A stretch of 64,000 bases of DNA from Sphingomonas sp. (GCA_965248965.1 CBDFKZ010000003.1:501306-565305), one strand, 5' to 3'; numbered from the stretch's first letter, positions 9,663 to 20,479 are shown. Numbers and translations are program-made. Notes: a model not told the origin generated them from the letters alone.

Positions 9663-9748
9663 TGGTGGACAGGGTTGGATTCGAACCAACGTACCCTTGC
9701 GAGAGCAGATTTACAGTCTGCCGCCTTTAACCACTCGGCCACCTGTCC
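9663..9748 (-). tRNA. tRNA-Tyr (GUA)
   Basis: Reverse complement GGACAGG...GACTGTAAATC...long variable arm...GGTTCGAATCC...CCTGTCC-A-CCA. Confidence 0.97.
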
Positions 9749-9857
9749 ACATCGCCTCGATGCCTTGCGGCGTCTGCGGCGAGCGGGCGTCATTGGCGAA
9801 GCGGGCCTTGCCTGTCAATTGCGTGCGGGCGTAGGGCGTCTCGAAGAGGGAGACAAC

Positions 9858-10610
9858 ATGCGCCGGGGTAATCGTACAAGCAGCCATAACATCCAGCGAC
9901 CACGCTTTTGGGGTCGGCATGCGGTGACGGCCGCGCTCGCCAATCCGGAGCGCGTTGTCCACAAGATCTGGGGGACGCGCGAGGCGATCGGCAAGCTCGA
10001 ACTGCCGCCGGTCATCCCCATCGTCTATGCCGATGTCGCCGACCTGGGACGAATGGTGCCGCACGACGCGCCGCACCAGGGGCTGGTAATCGAGGTGAAC
10101 CCGCTCGAGGATGTGTGGCTGGGCGACCTGATGGACCAGGGGGCTGCAGACCGGCGGGCGCTGCTGGTGCTCGATTCGGTAACCGACCCGCACAATGTGG
10201 GTGCGATCCTGCGTTCGGCCGCAGCGTTCGACGCGCTGGGGATCGTTACACAGGACCGGCATGCACCGCCCGAGTCGGGTGCATTGGCAAAGGCCGCGTC
10301 GGGCGCGCTCGAGATCGTGCCCTGGGTGCGCGTGGTGAACCTGGCCCGGGCGCTCGACGAGATTGCCGAGGCGGGGTTTTGGCGGATCGGGTTGGCGGGT
10401 GAGACGCGCACAACGCTGGCACAGGCCCTGGGGCCGCAGAAAGTCGCGCTCGTGCTGGGCGCCGAGGGCGAGGGTATGCGGCAGAACGTCGCGGCGCATT
10501 GCGATGCGATCGCGCGCCTGCCGATTTCGCCGCGTGTCGAAAGCCTCAACGTGTCGAACGCGGCCGCGATCGCGCTCTATGCGGCGGCCCAGGTGGGGGT
10601 GACGGCATGA
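9858..10610 (+). CDS. rlmB: 23S rRNA (G2251-2'-O) methyltransferase, TrmH/SpoU family
   Basis: WGRHAVTAAL, PHQG, LDSVTDPHNVGAILRSA, VLGAEGEGMR, VESLNVSNAAAI. Confidence 0.93.
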   Translation: MRRGNRTSSHNIQRPRFWGRHAVTAALANPERVVHKIWGTREAIGKLELPPVIPIVYADVADLGRMVPHDAPHQGLVIEVNPLEDVWLGDLMDQGAADRRALLVLDSVTDPHNVGAILRSAAAFDALGIVTQDRHAPPESGALAKAASGALEIVPWVRVVNLARALDEIAEAGFWRIGLAGETRTTLAQALGPQKVALVLGAEGEGMRQNVAAHCDAIARLPISPRVESLNVSNAAAIALYAAAQVGVTA

Positions 10611-11305
10611 ACATGATTGCGCGGGCGGCGTTGGCGTTGGCGATGCCGCTGTTGCTGTGGGGATGCGTGCTGACGCCGGGCAAGTTCGTGTCGTCGCTGA
10701 CGATCAACGCCGACCGAACTTTCGTCTTTGCCTATAAGGGCGAGGTGATCGCGATCGATCCATCGTCGGCGCTGAAGGGGATCGGGGAGAGCAAGCCGGG
10801 GGAGGGCAAAGAGACAAAAGCCGACCCTGCCGTGGCCCGACTGCCAGCCGATGTCGATCCGGAGACAAAGAACCGTGCAATTGCCGACGCCCTCAAGAAA
10901 GAGGCTGGCTACCGCTCTGTCGTGTACCGGGGGAACGGCAAGTTCGACATCGACTATGTCATGTCGGGCAGCCTTACCCATGCTTTCCTGTTCCCCTTCA
11001 ATGCCGATGCGCAGGCGATCATCCCGTTCGTGATGGTCGAGGTGCGCCAGGCCGGCACCGTGCGCGTGCGCGCCCCGGGCTTTGCCAGCAATCAAAGCGG
11101 CACCATGACGGGCATGGGCGGAGGCGGGTCGGACGGGCCTAAATTTCTCGACGGCATTTTCACGCTCGATACCGACGCCGAAATCGTCAGCCAGAACAAT
11201 GAGGATGGCGCCAAGACTGCAGGCCCGCGCAAGCAGATCACGTGGCGCGTGACACCCGCTACCTGGGAGGAACCGTCAGCCGTGCTGCGGCTGAATAAGC
11301 TCTAG
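10607..11305 (+). CDS. Hypothetical lipoprotein
   Basis: Lipobox-like LLWGC after a hydrophobic leader; ATGA overlap with the rlmB stop. Confidence 0.8.
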   Translation: MNMIARAALALAMPLLLWGCVLTPGKFVSSLTINADRTFVFAYKGEVIAIDPSSALKGIGESKPGEGKETKADPAVARLPADVDPETKNRAIADALKKEAGYRSVVYRGNGKFDIDYVMSGSLTHAFLFPFNADAQAIIPFVMVEVRQAGTVRVRAPGFASNQSGTMTGMGGGGSDGPKFLDGIFTLDTDAEIVSQNNEDGAKTAGPRKQITWRVTPATWEEPSAVLRLNKL

Positions 11306-11619
11306 TCTTCCTGCGCGATCGTCACCTTCAGCCCGTCGAGCGCCGCGGTGAAGGGCAGCTGGCACGACAGGCGCGAGGTTTCGTTGCGGTGGTCGGACGA
11401 ATCGAGCAGGTCGTTTTCGTCCTCGCCCATCGGCGCGACGAGCGACGCGAATTCGGGATCGACATGGACGTGGCAGGTCGCGCACGAACAGCAGCCGCCG
11501 CACAACGCCAGCAACTCGTCGATGCCATTGTCACGGATGACTTCCATCACGCTCAGGCCGGATTTGCCTTCGAGCTCGACAGTTTCTCCATCGCGCTTCG
11601 TGACGATCAGCTTCGGCAT
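11302..11619 (-). CDS. fdx: 2Fe-2S ferredoxin, adrenodoxin/putidaredoxin type
   Basis: [12 protein letters not shown]...RLSCQ ligands. Confidence 0.93.
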   Translation of the reverse strand: MPKLIVTKRDGETVELEGKSGLSVMEVIRDNGIDELLALCGGCCSCATCHVHVDPEFASLVAPMGEDENDLLDSSDHRNETSRLSCQLPFTAALDGLKVTIAQED

Positions 11620-11690
11620 CGATAACTCCTGTCCCACCGGTTCGCCTGCGCCTATGTCGCGGCAGACACGCCAAGGCAAGGATGCGCGCA

Positions 11691-12308
11691 ATGGGATTGA
11701 GTGCCGAGCAACTGAAAGCGCATCTCGACGCGTTGGCGGCGCGCGACCCGCGCTTCGCCGCAGCGCTGGCGCTCGCCGATTATCCCGAGCCGCGTGTGCG
11801 CGACCGCGGCTATGTGACGCTGCTGCGCACGATCGTCGGGCAGCAGATCAGCTTCAAGGCAGCGGATGCGGTGTGGCTGAAGCTGGTTGCCGCGATTGGC
11901 GACGTTGCCGACCCGAACGCCCTGATCGCGCGCAGCGACGAAGCGTTGCGCGCGGCCGGATTGTCGCGGCAGAAGATCGGCTATGCCCGCAGCCTGGCAG
12001 AGCTGTGCGCGTCGGGCGCGCTGGATCTCGACGCGCTGCCTGCGGACGACGAGGAGGCGATCGCACGGCTCGTGCAGGTCAAGGGCATCGGCCGCTGGTC
12101 GGCGGAGGTGTATTTGCTGTTCGCCGAGGGACGTCCCGACATCTGGCCTGCGGGTGACCTGGCCGTTCAGGAATCGGTTCGCCGGATCATGAGCCATGAC
12201 GATCGCCCCGACGAGAAGGCGACACGGGCGATGGCGGAAGCGTGGCGGCCGTATCGCGGTGCGGCGGCGATCTTTGCCTGGCACCACTACAAGATACCGG
12301 TGATTTAG
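11691..12308 (+). CDS. DNA-3-methyladenine glycosylase II (HhH-GPD)
   Basis: [23 protein letters not shown] HhH motif, [14 protein letters not shown]. Confidence 0.92.
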   Translation: MGLSAEQLKAHLDALAARDPRFAAALALADYPEPRVRDRGYVTLLRTIVGQQISFKAADAVWLKLVAAIGDVADPNALIARSDEALRAAGLSRQKIGYARSLAELCASGALDLDALPADDEEAIARLVQVKGIGRWSAEVYLLFAEGRPDIWPAGDLAVQESVRRIMSHDDRPDEKATRAMAEAWRPYRGAAAIFAWHHYKIPVI

Positions 12309-12312
12309 GACG

Positions 12313-12344
12313 AGGCGCCGCCAGTGCCGGCACTGGCGGCGCCT
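12313..12344. repeat. Perfect spacerless 32-bp palindrome
   Basis: AGGCGCCGCCAGTGCC/GGCACTGGCGGCGCCT between convergent genes. Confidence 0.9.
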
Positions 12345-12353
12345 GTCCGTGGC

Positions 12354-13052
12354 TCAGGCGTAGCGCACTGACATGCGGGGCCGGCGGCGCATCGCAGCGC
12401 CGAAGATCCCGACGCCGGCGATCATCATCGTCCAGCTGGCGGGTTCGGGCACCGCCGAGATCGTCGCCGCGAACGTCAGGTCCTGCGACCCGTTGACAAC
12501 CTGGGCGAATGACAGCTCGTCGAGGTTCGCGCCCCGGGCACTGCCGACGATTGCACGTCCCAGGTTCGGATTTGCGTTCGCGATGGCGCAGGCACCTCCA
12601 GAGAAAGGATTGCACGACGAGATGTTCGCCGAGCCTGTGCCCGTGGTATAGTAGGTGCTGAGGAACGCGACGTAATTCTGCCCCGCCTTGACGTTGACGC
12701 CGGTCGGGTTGAAGTCGAGCACACCCGAAGCACCGGCGACGGCGCCGCTGCGCCACAGTTCGGCGCCCGGCGTGAAGGTCGTGGTGAGCGGCCCGTTCAG
12801 CGCGTAGACGATGGCCTGCACGGACGTCAGCGTCGATCCGCCGAGAAGAGTAAATTGCAGGTTGGTGAGATTGCCGGTCGTGGCGGCAGCGAAGCTCTCG
12901 CCGATAAAGACGGTCTGGCAGCCGCCGCCTTGATAGGGCCAGCCGCAGAGCGGGCCGACACTCGAGCCGCCATTGGGGTTACTGATCGTTTCGGCGTGTG
13001 CCCAACTTGCGCCGAAGGCGAGGGCGGCGGCGACAACTATTAACTTTCTCAT
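12354..13052 (-). CDS. PEPxxWA-CTERM surface protein
   Basis: Signal peptide plus C-terminal VPEPASWTMMIAGVGIFGAAMRRR. Confidence 0.92.
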   Translation of the reverse strand: MRKLIVVAAALAFGASWAHAETISNPNGGSSVGPLCGWPYQGGGCQTVFIGESFAAATTGNLTNLQFTLLGGSTLTSVQAIVYALNGPLTTTFTPGAELWRSGAVAGASGVLDFNPTGVNVKAGQNYVAFLSTYYTTGTGSANISSCNPFSGGACAIANANPNLGRAIVGSARGANLDELSFAQVVNGSQDLTFAATISAVPEPASWTMMIAGVGIFGAAMRRRPRMSVRYA

Positions 13053-13261
13053 GCAAATCAACTCCTCACACGGCACTCAACGCAGTGCCTTTGACACATC
13101 GACTCCGGGATTTCTGATCGGGAGAGCTGTGTTCGCCATCCCCGAGACGCGACAGTGCTGGCACGCCTAGATGACGTGGCGGTGACGTTTCCGCGACGTG
13201 TTAACGTCGTTCTTGTCGTGATCTTCGCGGGCGCAGGTGCGCCGGCTGCTCGTCGGTCGCG

Positions 13262-13744
13262 CTATTCAGCTGCGACCCGGTGAATCGTCCCTTCGAGAGT
13301 GGCAACGTTCAGACCGAATTTGTGGAACGACATGGAATTGCGGGCGCTGCGGCCATCTTGAGCAAAGGTCAGGCTCTGCACGACGCGCACCCCGTCGTCC
13401 ATGACGTAGTTCAAGCGTAGCACGCCATTGGCGTAGCGACCGGTGACGCCCGTTTTGGCACCCGTCAGCGTGCCCGCCACGACGCCCGGCGAGACTTCAC
13501 GCAAGCGCCAGATGCGGCGACGCGCGGGCTCGCCGGGACGCTCGACGACCTGGTCGAGGACGGTCGTGCCATCGGACTCGACTCTGCCGCTGCCGTGGTC
13601 GCGTACGGTTTCTGCGGCGCGAAAGATGATCTTTAGGCGTCCGGCGCTCTCGAGGCGTCCGACGAAAAAGCGTTCAGGTGAGGGAGCTTCGGCCCGAGCG
13701 GCGCCTGCCAGCAGGACGATGGGGACGAGAAGTGTAAATCGCAT
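13262..13744 (-). CDS. DUF3833-like exported beta-barrel protein
   Basis: Signal peptide, PERFFVGR...G, RRRIWRL, KFGLNVATL pattern. Confidence 0.65.
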   Translation of the reverse strand: MRFTLLVPIVLLAGAARAEAPSPERFFVGRLESAGRLKIIFRAAETVRDHGSGRVESDGTTVLDQVVERPGEPARRRIWRLREVSPGVVAGTLTGAKTGVTGRYANGVLRLNYVMDDGVRVVQSLTFAQDGRSARNSMSFHKFGLNVATLEGTIHRVAAE

Positions 13745-13866
13745 CGGTCAATCTGGTCGCGCACGACGCTTCAACGCAACCGAAAACTGGCTGCCGAATG
13801 GGACGCGACGCTGGAAGTTGCGAAGAGGCGCGGCGCCCAGACGTGCGCCGCGCCCCCAGTGCTTAA

Positions 13867-15279
13867 TCAGCCACTATAGTACATGTCGAATTCGACAGGG
13901 CTGGGCGCCATTTCCCAACGGTACACTTCCTGCCACTTCAACTCCATATAGGCGTCGATCTGGTCCTTGGTGAAGACGCCGCCTTTGAGCAGGAACTCCT
14001 GGTCGGCCTCGAGCGACTGGAGCGCCTCGCGCAGCGAGCCGCAAACGGTCGGGACCTGCGAGAGCTCCTCGGGCGGCAGGTCGTACAGGTTCTTGTCCAT
14101 CGCCTCGCCAGGGTGGATCTTGTTCTGGATCCCGTCGATGCCCGCCATCAGCAGCGCCGAGGTGGCGAGATAGGAGTTGCACAGGGGATCGGGGAAGCGG
14201 AACTCGACGCGCTTTGCCTTGGTGCCTGCGCCATAGGGAATGCGGCACGAGGCCGAACGGTTGCGTGCCGAATAGGCGAGCAGCACCGGCGCCTCGAACC
14301 CGGGGACCAGCCGCTTGTAGCTGTTGGTCGTCGGGTTGGTGAAGGCGTTGATCGCCTTGGCGTGCTTGATGACGCCGCCGATGAAGTAGAGGCAGGTGTC
14401 CGACAGGCCGGCATAGCCATTGCCCGCGAAGGTGTTTTCGCCCTTGTTCCAGATCGACATGTGCGTGTGCATGCCGCTGCCGTTGTCGGCCTTGATCGGC
14501 TTGGGCATGAAGGTCGCGGTCTTGCCATAGGCCTGGGCGACCATCTTCACGACGTACTTGTAGATCTGGATACGGTCGCAGGTCTCGACGAGCTTGCCGA
14601 AGGTCAGGCCGAGCTCGTGCTGCGAGGCGGCGACTTCGTGGTGATGCTTGTCCATGGGCAGGCCCATTTCCATGAGCGTGGTCACCATTTCGGCGCGGAT
14701 GTCGGTGGTGACGTCGACCGGACCGACGGGGAAATAGCCGCCCTTCGCACGCGGGCGATGGCCGAGGTTGCCGCTGTCGTACTTGGTGCCGCTGTTGGTG
14801 GGCAGTTCCGTGTCGTCGAGCTTGTAGTAGCTCGAGGCATAGGTGTTATCGAATTCGACGCTGTCGAACATGAAGAATTCGGGTTCCGGCCCGATGTAGA
14901 TCGTGTCGCCGAGCCCCGTCGACTGGAGATAGGTTTCGGCGCGCTTTGCGGTCGAGCGCGGGTCGCGCGAATAGAGCGAGCCGTCCTCGGGCTCCACGAT
15001 GTCGCAGATCAGGATCAGCATCGGCGTGGCCGAGAAGGGATCGATGTAGACCGCGTCCAGATCCGGCTTCAGGATCATGTCGCTCTCGTTGATTTCCTTC
15101 CACCCCTCGATCGACGATCCGTCGAACATCAGGCCGTCGGTCAGTTCGTTCTCACCGATGACGCCCGAACACATGGTCAGGTGGTGCCAGGCCCCCTTGG
15201 GATCGGTGAAGCGGACATCGACCCACTCGATCTCCTGGTCCTTGATCATCTTCAGAATGTCGGCCGGTTTGTTCGCCAT
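13867..15279 (-). CDS. glnA: Glutamine synthetase type I
   Basis: FDGSSIEGW, HHHEVA, ATFMPKP, DNGSGMH, NSYKRLVPGFEAP, RVEFRFPD, NLYDLPPEE. Confidence 0.99.
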   Translation of the reverse strand: MANKPADILKMIKDQEIEWVDVRFTDPKGAWHHLTMCSGVIGENELTDGLMFDGSSIEGWKEINESDMILKPDLDAVYIDPFSATPMLILICDIVEPEDGSLYSRDPRSTAKRAETYLQSTGLGDTIYIGPEPEFFMFDSVEFDNTYASSYYKLDDTELPTNSGTKYDSGNLGHRPRAKGGYFPVGPVDVTTDIRAEMVTTLMEMGLPMDKHHHEVAASQHELGLTFGKLVETCDRIQIYKYVVKMVAQAYGKTATFMPKPIKADNGSGMHTHMSIWNKGENTFAGNGYAGLSDTCLYFIGGVIKHAKAINAFTNPTTNSYKRLVPGFEAPVLLAYSARNRSASCRIPYGAGTKAKRVEFRFPDPLCNSYLATSALLMAGIDGIQNKIHPGEAMDKNLYDLPPEELSQVPTVCGSLREALQSLEADQEFLLKGGVFTKDQIDAYMELKWQEVYRWEMAPSPVEFDMYYSG

Positions 15280-15311
15280 GTGAAACTTGCCCTTCGCTCA
15301 GTGATAAAAAT

Positions 15312-15787
<476 letters not shown>

Positions 15788-15819
15788 GTCGTAGCGACCC
15801 GTGCCGCGACGGGTCGGCG

Positions 15820-16644
15820 CTAAAGAAAGGGGTGATGGCGTCCGGTGGGGCTGGTCGTGAAAACCTCGCACCCGGTGTCGGTAATCCCGATGCTATGTTC
15901 GAACTGCGCCGACAAAGTCTTGTCGCGGGTGACCGCCGTCCAGCCGTCCTCGAGGACCTTCACATCGCCGCGGCCGATGTTGATCATCGGCTCGATCGTG
16001 AAGAACATGCCGGGGCGCAATTCGGGACCGGTGCCGGGGCGGCCGGCGTGGACGACCTCGGGCGCGTCGTGGAACAGTCGGCCGATGCCATGGCCGCAGA
16101 AATCGCGGACGATGCCGTAGCGGTGCTTTTCGGCGAAGGTCTGGATGGCGTGGCCGATGTCGCCGATGGTGTTGCCGGGCCGCGCGGCCTCGATGCCGCG
16201 CATCATCGCCTCATAAGTCACCTCGACCAGTCGCTGTGCCTTGATCGGCAGGCGGCCGACCGCATAGGTGCGGTTGGTATCGCCGTGCCAGCCGTCGACG
16301 ATGCTGGTGACGTCGACATTGACGAGATCGCCCTCCTGCAGCCGCTTGCTGCCGGGAATCCCGTGGCACACGACATGGTTGATCGACGTGCAGCAGCTGT
16401 GGGTGAAACCGCGGTAGCCGAGCGTCGCCGGCAGGGCACCTGCATCGAGGGTCATCTGGCGGACATGGTCGTCGATCGCCTGAGTGGTGATGCCCGGCAC
16501 GATGACGTCGAAAAGCGAGTCGAGGATCTGCGCCGAAAGGAGGCCGGCACGGCGCATGCCGGCGAAGCCGTCTGCCCCGTGCAGCTTGATGGTTCCATCG
16601 CGCGCCTGACGGGCGTCGGTTTCGGCGGTCACATAGGTAGTCAT
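15820..16644 (-). CDS. map: Methionine aminopeptidase type I
   Basis: SINHVVCHGIP, VNVDVT, GWHGDT, FCGHGIG, TIEPMIN, SAQFEHS. Confidence 0.98.
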   Translation of the reverse strand: MTTYVTAETDARQARDGTIKLHGADGFAGMRRAGLLSAQILDSLFDVIVPGITTQAIDDHVRQMTLDAGALPATLGYRGFTHSCCTSINHVVCHGIPGSKRLQEGDLVNVDVTSIVDGWHGDTNRTYAVGRLPIKAQRLVEVTYEAMMRGIEAARPGNTIGDIGHAIQTFAEKHRYGIVRDFCGHGIGRLFHDAPEVVHAGRPGTGPELRPGMFFTIEPMINIGRGDVKVLEDGWTAVTRDKTLSAQFEHSIGITDTGCEVFTTSPTGRHHPFL

Positions 16645-16672
16645 GGCCCCGATATAGGGTTAGGGCGCGGCC

Positions 16673-17431
16673 ATGACCAGCCAACGCATTTGGACCGCCG
16701 CGCTTGCCGTGATCGGCGACGAAATCCTGTCGGGCCGCACGCAGGACAAGAACATCGCCCAGATCGCGCTGTGGCTGAACCTGCAGGGCATCCGCCTGCG
16801 CGAAGTCCGCGTCGTGCCCGATGTCGAGGACGCGATCGTCGAGGCCGTAAACGAGCTGCGGGCGCGGAACGACTATCTGTTCACGACCGGCGGTATCGGG
16901 CCGACGCACGACGACATTACGGTCGATGCGATGGCCAAGGCGCTGGGCGTCGAGGTGGTCGTGCACCCCAAAGCGCGGGCGGTACTCGAAAGCTATTACG
17001 AGACGCGCGGCGGCATCACCGAGGCGCGGCTGCGCATGGCGCGGGTGCCGGAGGGCGCGACGCTGATCGAGAACCGCATGTCGGGCGCGCCGGGCATCCG
17101 CCACGGCAATGTCTTCATCATGGCGGGCGTGCCGCACATCACCGCGATGATGCTCGACGCGCTTTCGGGAACGCTGGAAGGCGGCGCGCCGCTACTCAGC
17201 GCGACAATCGGCTGCTGGGTCGCGGAAAGCGAAGTGGCCGACCTGCTGCGTTCGACCGAGAAGGCGCGTGAGGGCTGCCAGATCGGGAGCTATCCATTCT
17301 TTCGCGAGGGACGGGTGGGTGCCAATTTCGTGGTGAGATCGACCGATCAGACGGTGCTCGACACCTGCATCGCGGCGCTGCGAGCCGGCCTCGAGGCGAC
17401 GGGACGCGAGACGGTCGCGGGCGGGATCTAG
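16673..17431 (+). CDS. CinA-like / molybdopterin-binding domain protein
   Basis: IGDEILSGRTQDKN, TTGGIGPTHDDIT, MAGVP. Confidence 0.88.
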   Translation: MTSQRIWTAALAVIGDEILSGRTQDKNIAQIALWLNLQGIRLREVRVVPDVEDAIVEAVNELRARNDYLFTTGGIGPTHDDITVDAMAKALGVEVVVHPKARAVLESYYETRGGITEARLRMARVPEGATLIENRMSGAPGIRHGNVFIMAGVPHITAMMLDALSGTLEGGAPLLSATIGCWVAESEVADLLRSTEKAREGCQIGSYPFFREGRVGANFVVRSTDQTVLDTCIAALRAGLEATGRETVAGGI

Positions 17432-18639
17432 CCGGGCTGCACCCGAGGCAAGCGCCGCAGCAGCACGAGTGCCAGCGCGCCGAAGATCGCCGCCACCGCA
17501 AAGGCCGCGCCGGGGAAATAGAACGGCGCCGCGCCGCTGGTGAACCAGGCCATCGGCTGCACCAGAACGAGCGGACCGACGATCGATCCGATGCCCAGCG
17601 CCATCGACGAGATGCCCTGGACCTCGCCCTGCGTCTCGGGAGTCGCGCGCCGGCTGAGCATCGCCATCAGGCTGGGCTGCACGAAACTCTGGATCGTGAT
17701 GAAGCCCATGGCGAGGAATGCCTGAAAGGTCGTGTGGACGAAGGCATAGGCAATGAAGCCGCATATCGCGACGACAAGACCGATCGTCGCCGCATCGCGC
17801 TCTCCGAAGCGCTTCACGGCGCGCCCGGTCAGGAAGATCTGGCTGAGCGCAATGGTCACCCCGACGGCAGCGAGGCTGAGGCCGATCATCCGTGGCGACC
17901 AGCCGAGCTGCGCGATGGCGTAAAAGCTCCAGGTCAACGGATAGACGAGGCTCGCGATCTGCCAGATGACAAGCACCACGGCGACGCCGAGCATGCCGGG
18001 CGCGGCGCGTGCGGCCCGGAGCGCACCGAAGGGATTGGCGCGTCGCCAATGGAACGGACGGCGATGGGCGGCGTCGAGCGTTTCGGGGAAGACGACCAGG
18101 CCGTAGAGGACATTGAGCGCGGCCATGGCGGCAGCTGCGTAAAAGGGCGCGCGGGGGCCCATTTCGCCCAGCAGCCCGCCGATCGCAGGCCCGAGCACAA
18201 AGCCGATGCCGAAGGCCGCGCTGACATAGCCGAAGGTCTTGGCGCGGTCTTCCGGCGTCGAGACGTCGGCGACGGCGGCCATGGCGGGCGCGTAGCTGCC
18301 GCCGAATGCGCCCGACATGACGCGCCCGATGAAGATGAGCGGCAGCGTATGGGCGACGGCAAGCAGCAGATAGTCGAGCGCGAGAAAGCTCAAGGCCGCC
18401 AGCAGCACCGGCCGACGCCCGAAGGCGTCGGACAGGTTGCCGAGCACGGGCGCGGAAAAGAACGACGCCGCCGCCATGGCCAGCCCCATCCACGCGCCGA
18501 TGCCGATGGCGTGGCTCAAGTCGATCCGGCCCACGGTCATCAGCAGTTGCGGCAACACGGGCATGATGAGCCCGAACCCGATGGCATCGATGAAGATGGT
18601 CACCAGCACGAACAGGGCGGAATGATTTCGTGCCGCCAT
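17428..18639 (-). CDS. MFS exporter, DHA1/TetA-like family
   Basis: IDAIGFGLIMPVLP, GNLSDAFGRRPVLL (motif A), GFVLGPAIGG (motif C), GEVQG. Confidence 0.92.
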   Translation of the reverse strand: MAARNHSALFVLVTIFIDAIGFGLIMPVLPQLLMTVGRIDLSHAIGIGAWMGLAMAAASFFSAPVLGNLSDAFGRRPVLLAALSFLALDYLLLAVAHTLPLIFIGRVMSGAFGGSYAPAMAAVADVSTPEDRAKTFGYVSAAFGIGFVLGPAIGGLLGEMGPRAPFYAAAAMAALNVLYGLVVFPETLDAAHRRPFHWRRANPFGALRAARAAPGMLGVAVVLVIWQIASLVYPLTWSFYAIAQLGWSPRMIGLSLAAVGVTIALSQIFLTGRAVKRFGERDAATIGLVVAICGFIAYAFVHTTFQAFLAMGFITIQSFVQPSLMAMLSRRATPETQGEVQGISSMALGIGSIVGPLVLVQPMAWFTSGAAPFYFPGAAFAVAAIFGALALVLLRRLPRVQPG

Positions 18640-19033
18640 GATGTGTCTTTCCCCCCGGTTGATCCGGATGGGGTTGCACGGAATGCCGCGTGGCTCAAGG
18701 GGCGCGGGCCATGCGCGCGCACCCTGTCCAAAGGTCACGAAGGTCCCGCCAGATCGGCCGGATACTCCGTTCAACCGTGGTTGACGCGCGACGAAGCGAG
18801 TGCAGCTGTCAATTGCGACGACGAGAAAGAGCCGGACGTCCCAACGAGACGAGTCGGCAAAGGATGATGGCAATATCGCGTGTAGGACAGCGATTTCAAT
18901 CTGCCGGACAGGTCGGAAATTCGGTGGCCGTGCGGTCGCGGGGCCGGTTGCGGTCGGGCGATGTCCCGCCGTGCTCGTCGTGGTCGGTCGGCTTGTTGAA
19001 CGTCCGCGTCGATGCGGCGCCCGTCACGAGCGT

Positions 19034-19065
19034 GGCGCAGCAGGAAACCGGGTCCCTGCTGCGCC
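19034..19065. terminator. GC-rich hairpin downstream of the PEP-CTERM gene
   Basis: GGCGCAGCAGG / CCTGCTGCGCC 11-bp stem; no clear U-tract. Confidence 0.45.
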
Positions 19066-19092
19066 GATACCCCGCTCAAAGATTGCGGATTG

Positions 19093-19821
19093 TTAAGCGG
19101 CGAGGGCTGCCTTTTGCGGCTGGCTGCGGCGTCGCAGCGCAGCACCCATCGTCCCGAAGCCCAGCAGCATCAGCGCCCAGGTGCCGGGTTCGGGCACGGC
19201 AGGCGTTGCCGCCGAGCTGAACGTGCCCAGACGGCCATTGCCGTAGAAGCCCTGGCCACCCGCGACGGAATATCCCAGACTCTGCGAGAGGTTCAGGCGG
19301 TTGTTGCCGGTGAAGGTCACGGCAGGGTCGTAGTTCAGCCCGGCGATCGGCGCATTGAACAGCGAATTGTCGAGCCTGAACTCGAACGTCGTCAGGCCAT
19401 TGGTCGTCGTCGACGCGACGTTGAACAGCGAGGAAGCCAGCGCGACGCTGCCGCCGACGCCGGGTACGAAGGCGTTGACGCCGGTCAGGCCGATTTCGAA
19501 CCCGAGGTCCGAACCGCTCCGCGTGGTCGAATCCAGGTCGAAGTACAGGTTGGCGAAGGGCCCGACGGCTTCGCCACCGGTCTGCGACACCAGCCCGTAC
19601 AGCGATCCATTGCTGTCGAGCAGGTTGATCGTGTAGCCCGCCGTCGCCTGATTGGTCGGCGTGCCGAAGTTGCCGTTGGGGGCCAACGGGTTGGTTTCCA
19701 CCGTAGCGGACGTCCCGCCCGCATATTCGGTTCCGCCGGTATTCTGACCGTCAACGGTCTGGGCCACAGCCGGCATCGCACTTGCGGCAAGAAGAACGGC
19801 CGCGAACTTGATCATCTTCAT
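19093..19821 (-). CDS. PEPxxWA-CTERM surface protein
   Basis: Signal peptide plus VPEPGTWALMLLGFGTMGAALRRR. Confidence 0.93.
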   Translation of the reverse strand: MKMIKFAAVLLAASAMPAVAQTVDGQNTGGTEYAGGTSATVETNPLAPNGNFGTPTNQATAGYTINLLDSNGSLYGLVSQTGGEAVGPFANLYFDLDSTTRSGSDLGFEIGLTGVNAFVPGVGGSVALASSLFNVASTTTNGLTTFEFRLDNSLFNAPIAGLNYDPAVTFTGNNRLNLSQSLGYSVAGGQGFYGNGRLGTFSSAATPAVPEPGTWALMLLGFGTMGAALRRRSQPQKAALAA

Positions 19822-19956
19822 ATTTTCACTCCCTAAGCTAAGCTACATCGACACGAAACAATCGCTCCCGAACTCGCGACGAGCCGGGCCCCACGCGTCC
19901 CCAAAACTTCGGCCGGTGTGGAAATTGCTGCGAACATGACATGCCCGCCGCGCTGC

Positions 19957-19997
19957 AGCATAGAAAAAACAGATATGTTTTCAATCCCATAATGGGA
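19957..19997 (-). promoter_or_regulatory. Sigma70-like promoter with overlapping palindromes
   Basis: Minus strand TTGAAA-N16-TATGCT; dyads AAAACA-N4-TGTTTT (19966-19981) and TCCCAT-A-ATGGGA (19985-19997). Confidence 0.5.
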
Positions 19998-20033
19998 CAC
20001 TGCCATTGTGGGACGGGCGGCCGGAGCCGGCGC

Positions 20034-20471
20034 TCAGCAGCCCGTTACGATCGCGTCGATCCGGCGCAGCGTGGCAACGAAGGCGCGCAGTTCGTCCTCG
20101 CCGAGGCCGCCGAAGATCCGCCTTTCGAGCTCCAGTGCCTTCGGGGCCACCTGGGCATAGAGTGCCTGGCCCTCGCTGCTGAGCGCGAGGTCTTGCGAGC
20201 GGCGATCCGTGGGGATCGGGACACGCGATACCAGGCCGCGCGCGGCGAGCGCGATGGCCGCGCGGCTTACTGTAACCTTGTCCATGCCGGTGCGGGCACA
20301 GATCGCCGCCTGGGTGATGCCGTCATGCTCGGCGATCACCGCGACGAGGCGCCATTCTGGGATCGTCATGCCGAACAGGCTTTCATAGGTGCGGGCAATG
20401 GCCTCGCTGACGAGGTTCGACGTGTACGACAGCCGATAAGGGACGAAATCGTCGAGGCGGAGCGTGCTCAT
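20034..20471 (-). CDS. MarR family regulator, divergent from hppD
   Basis: LTIPEWR-like helix, MDKVTVSRAA, DRRSQDL wing; 145 aa. Confidence 0.92.
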   Translation of the reverse strand: MSTLRLDDFVPYRLSYTSNLVSEAIARTYESLFGMTIPEWRLVAVIAEHDGITQAAICARTGMDKVTVSRAAIALAARGLVSRVPIPTDRRSQDLALSSEGQALYAQVAPKALELERRIFGGLGEDELRAFVATLRRIDAIVTGC

Positions 20472-20479
20472 TGCACGGT

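Noticed and set aside
13053-13200. Possible riboswitch upstream of the PEP-CTERM gene
   Set aside because: Only weak imperfect pairing and no recognisable aptamer consensus.
17428-18639. Tetracycline resistance determinant
   Set aside because: It is a TetA-like MFS protein in a core context, with no tetR or mobile element; substrate unknown.
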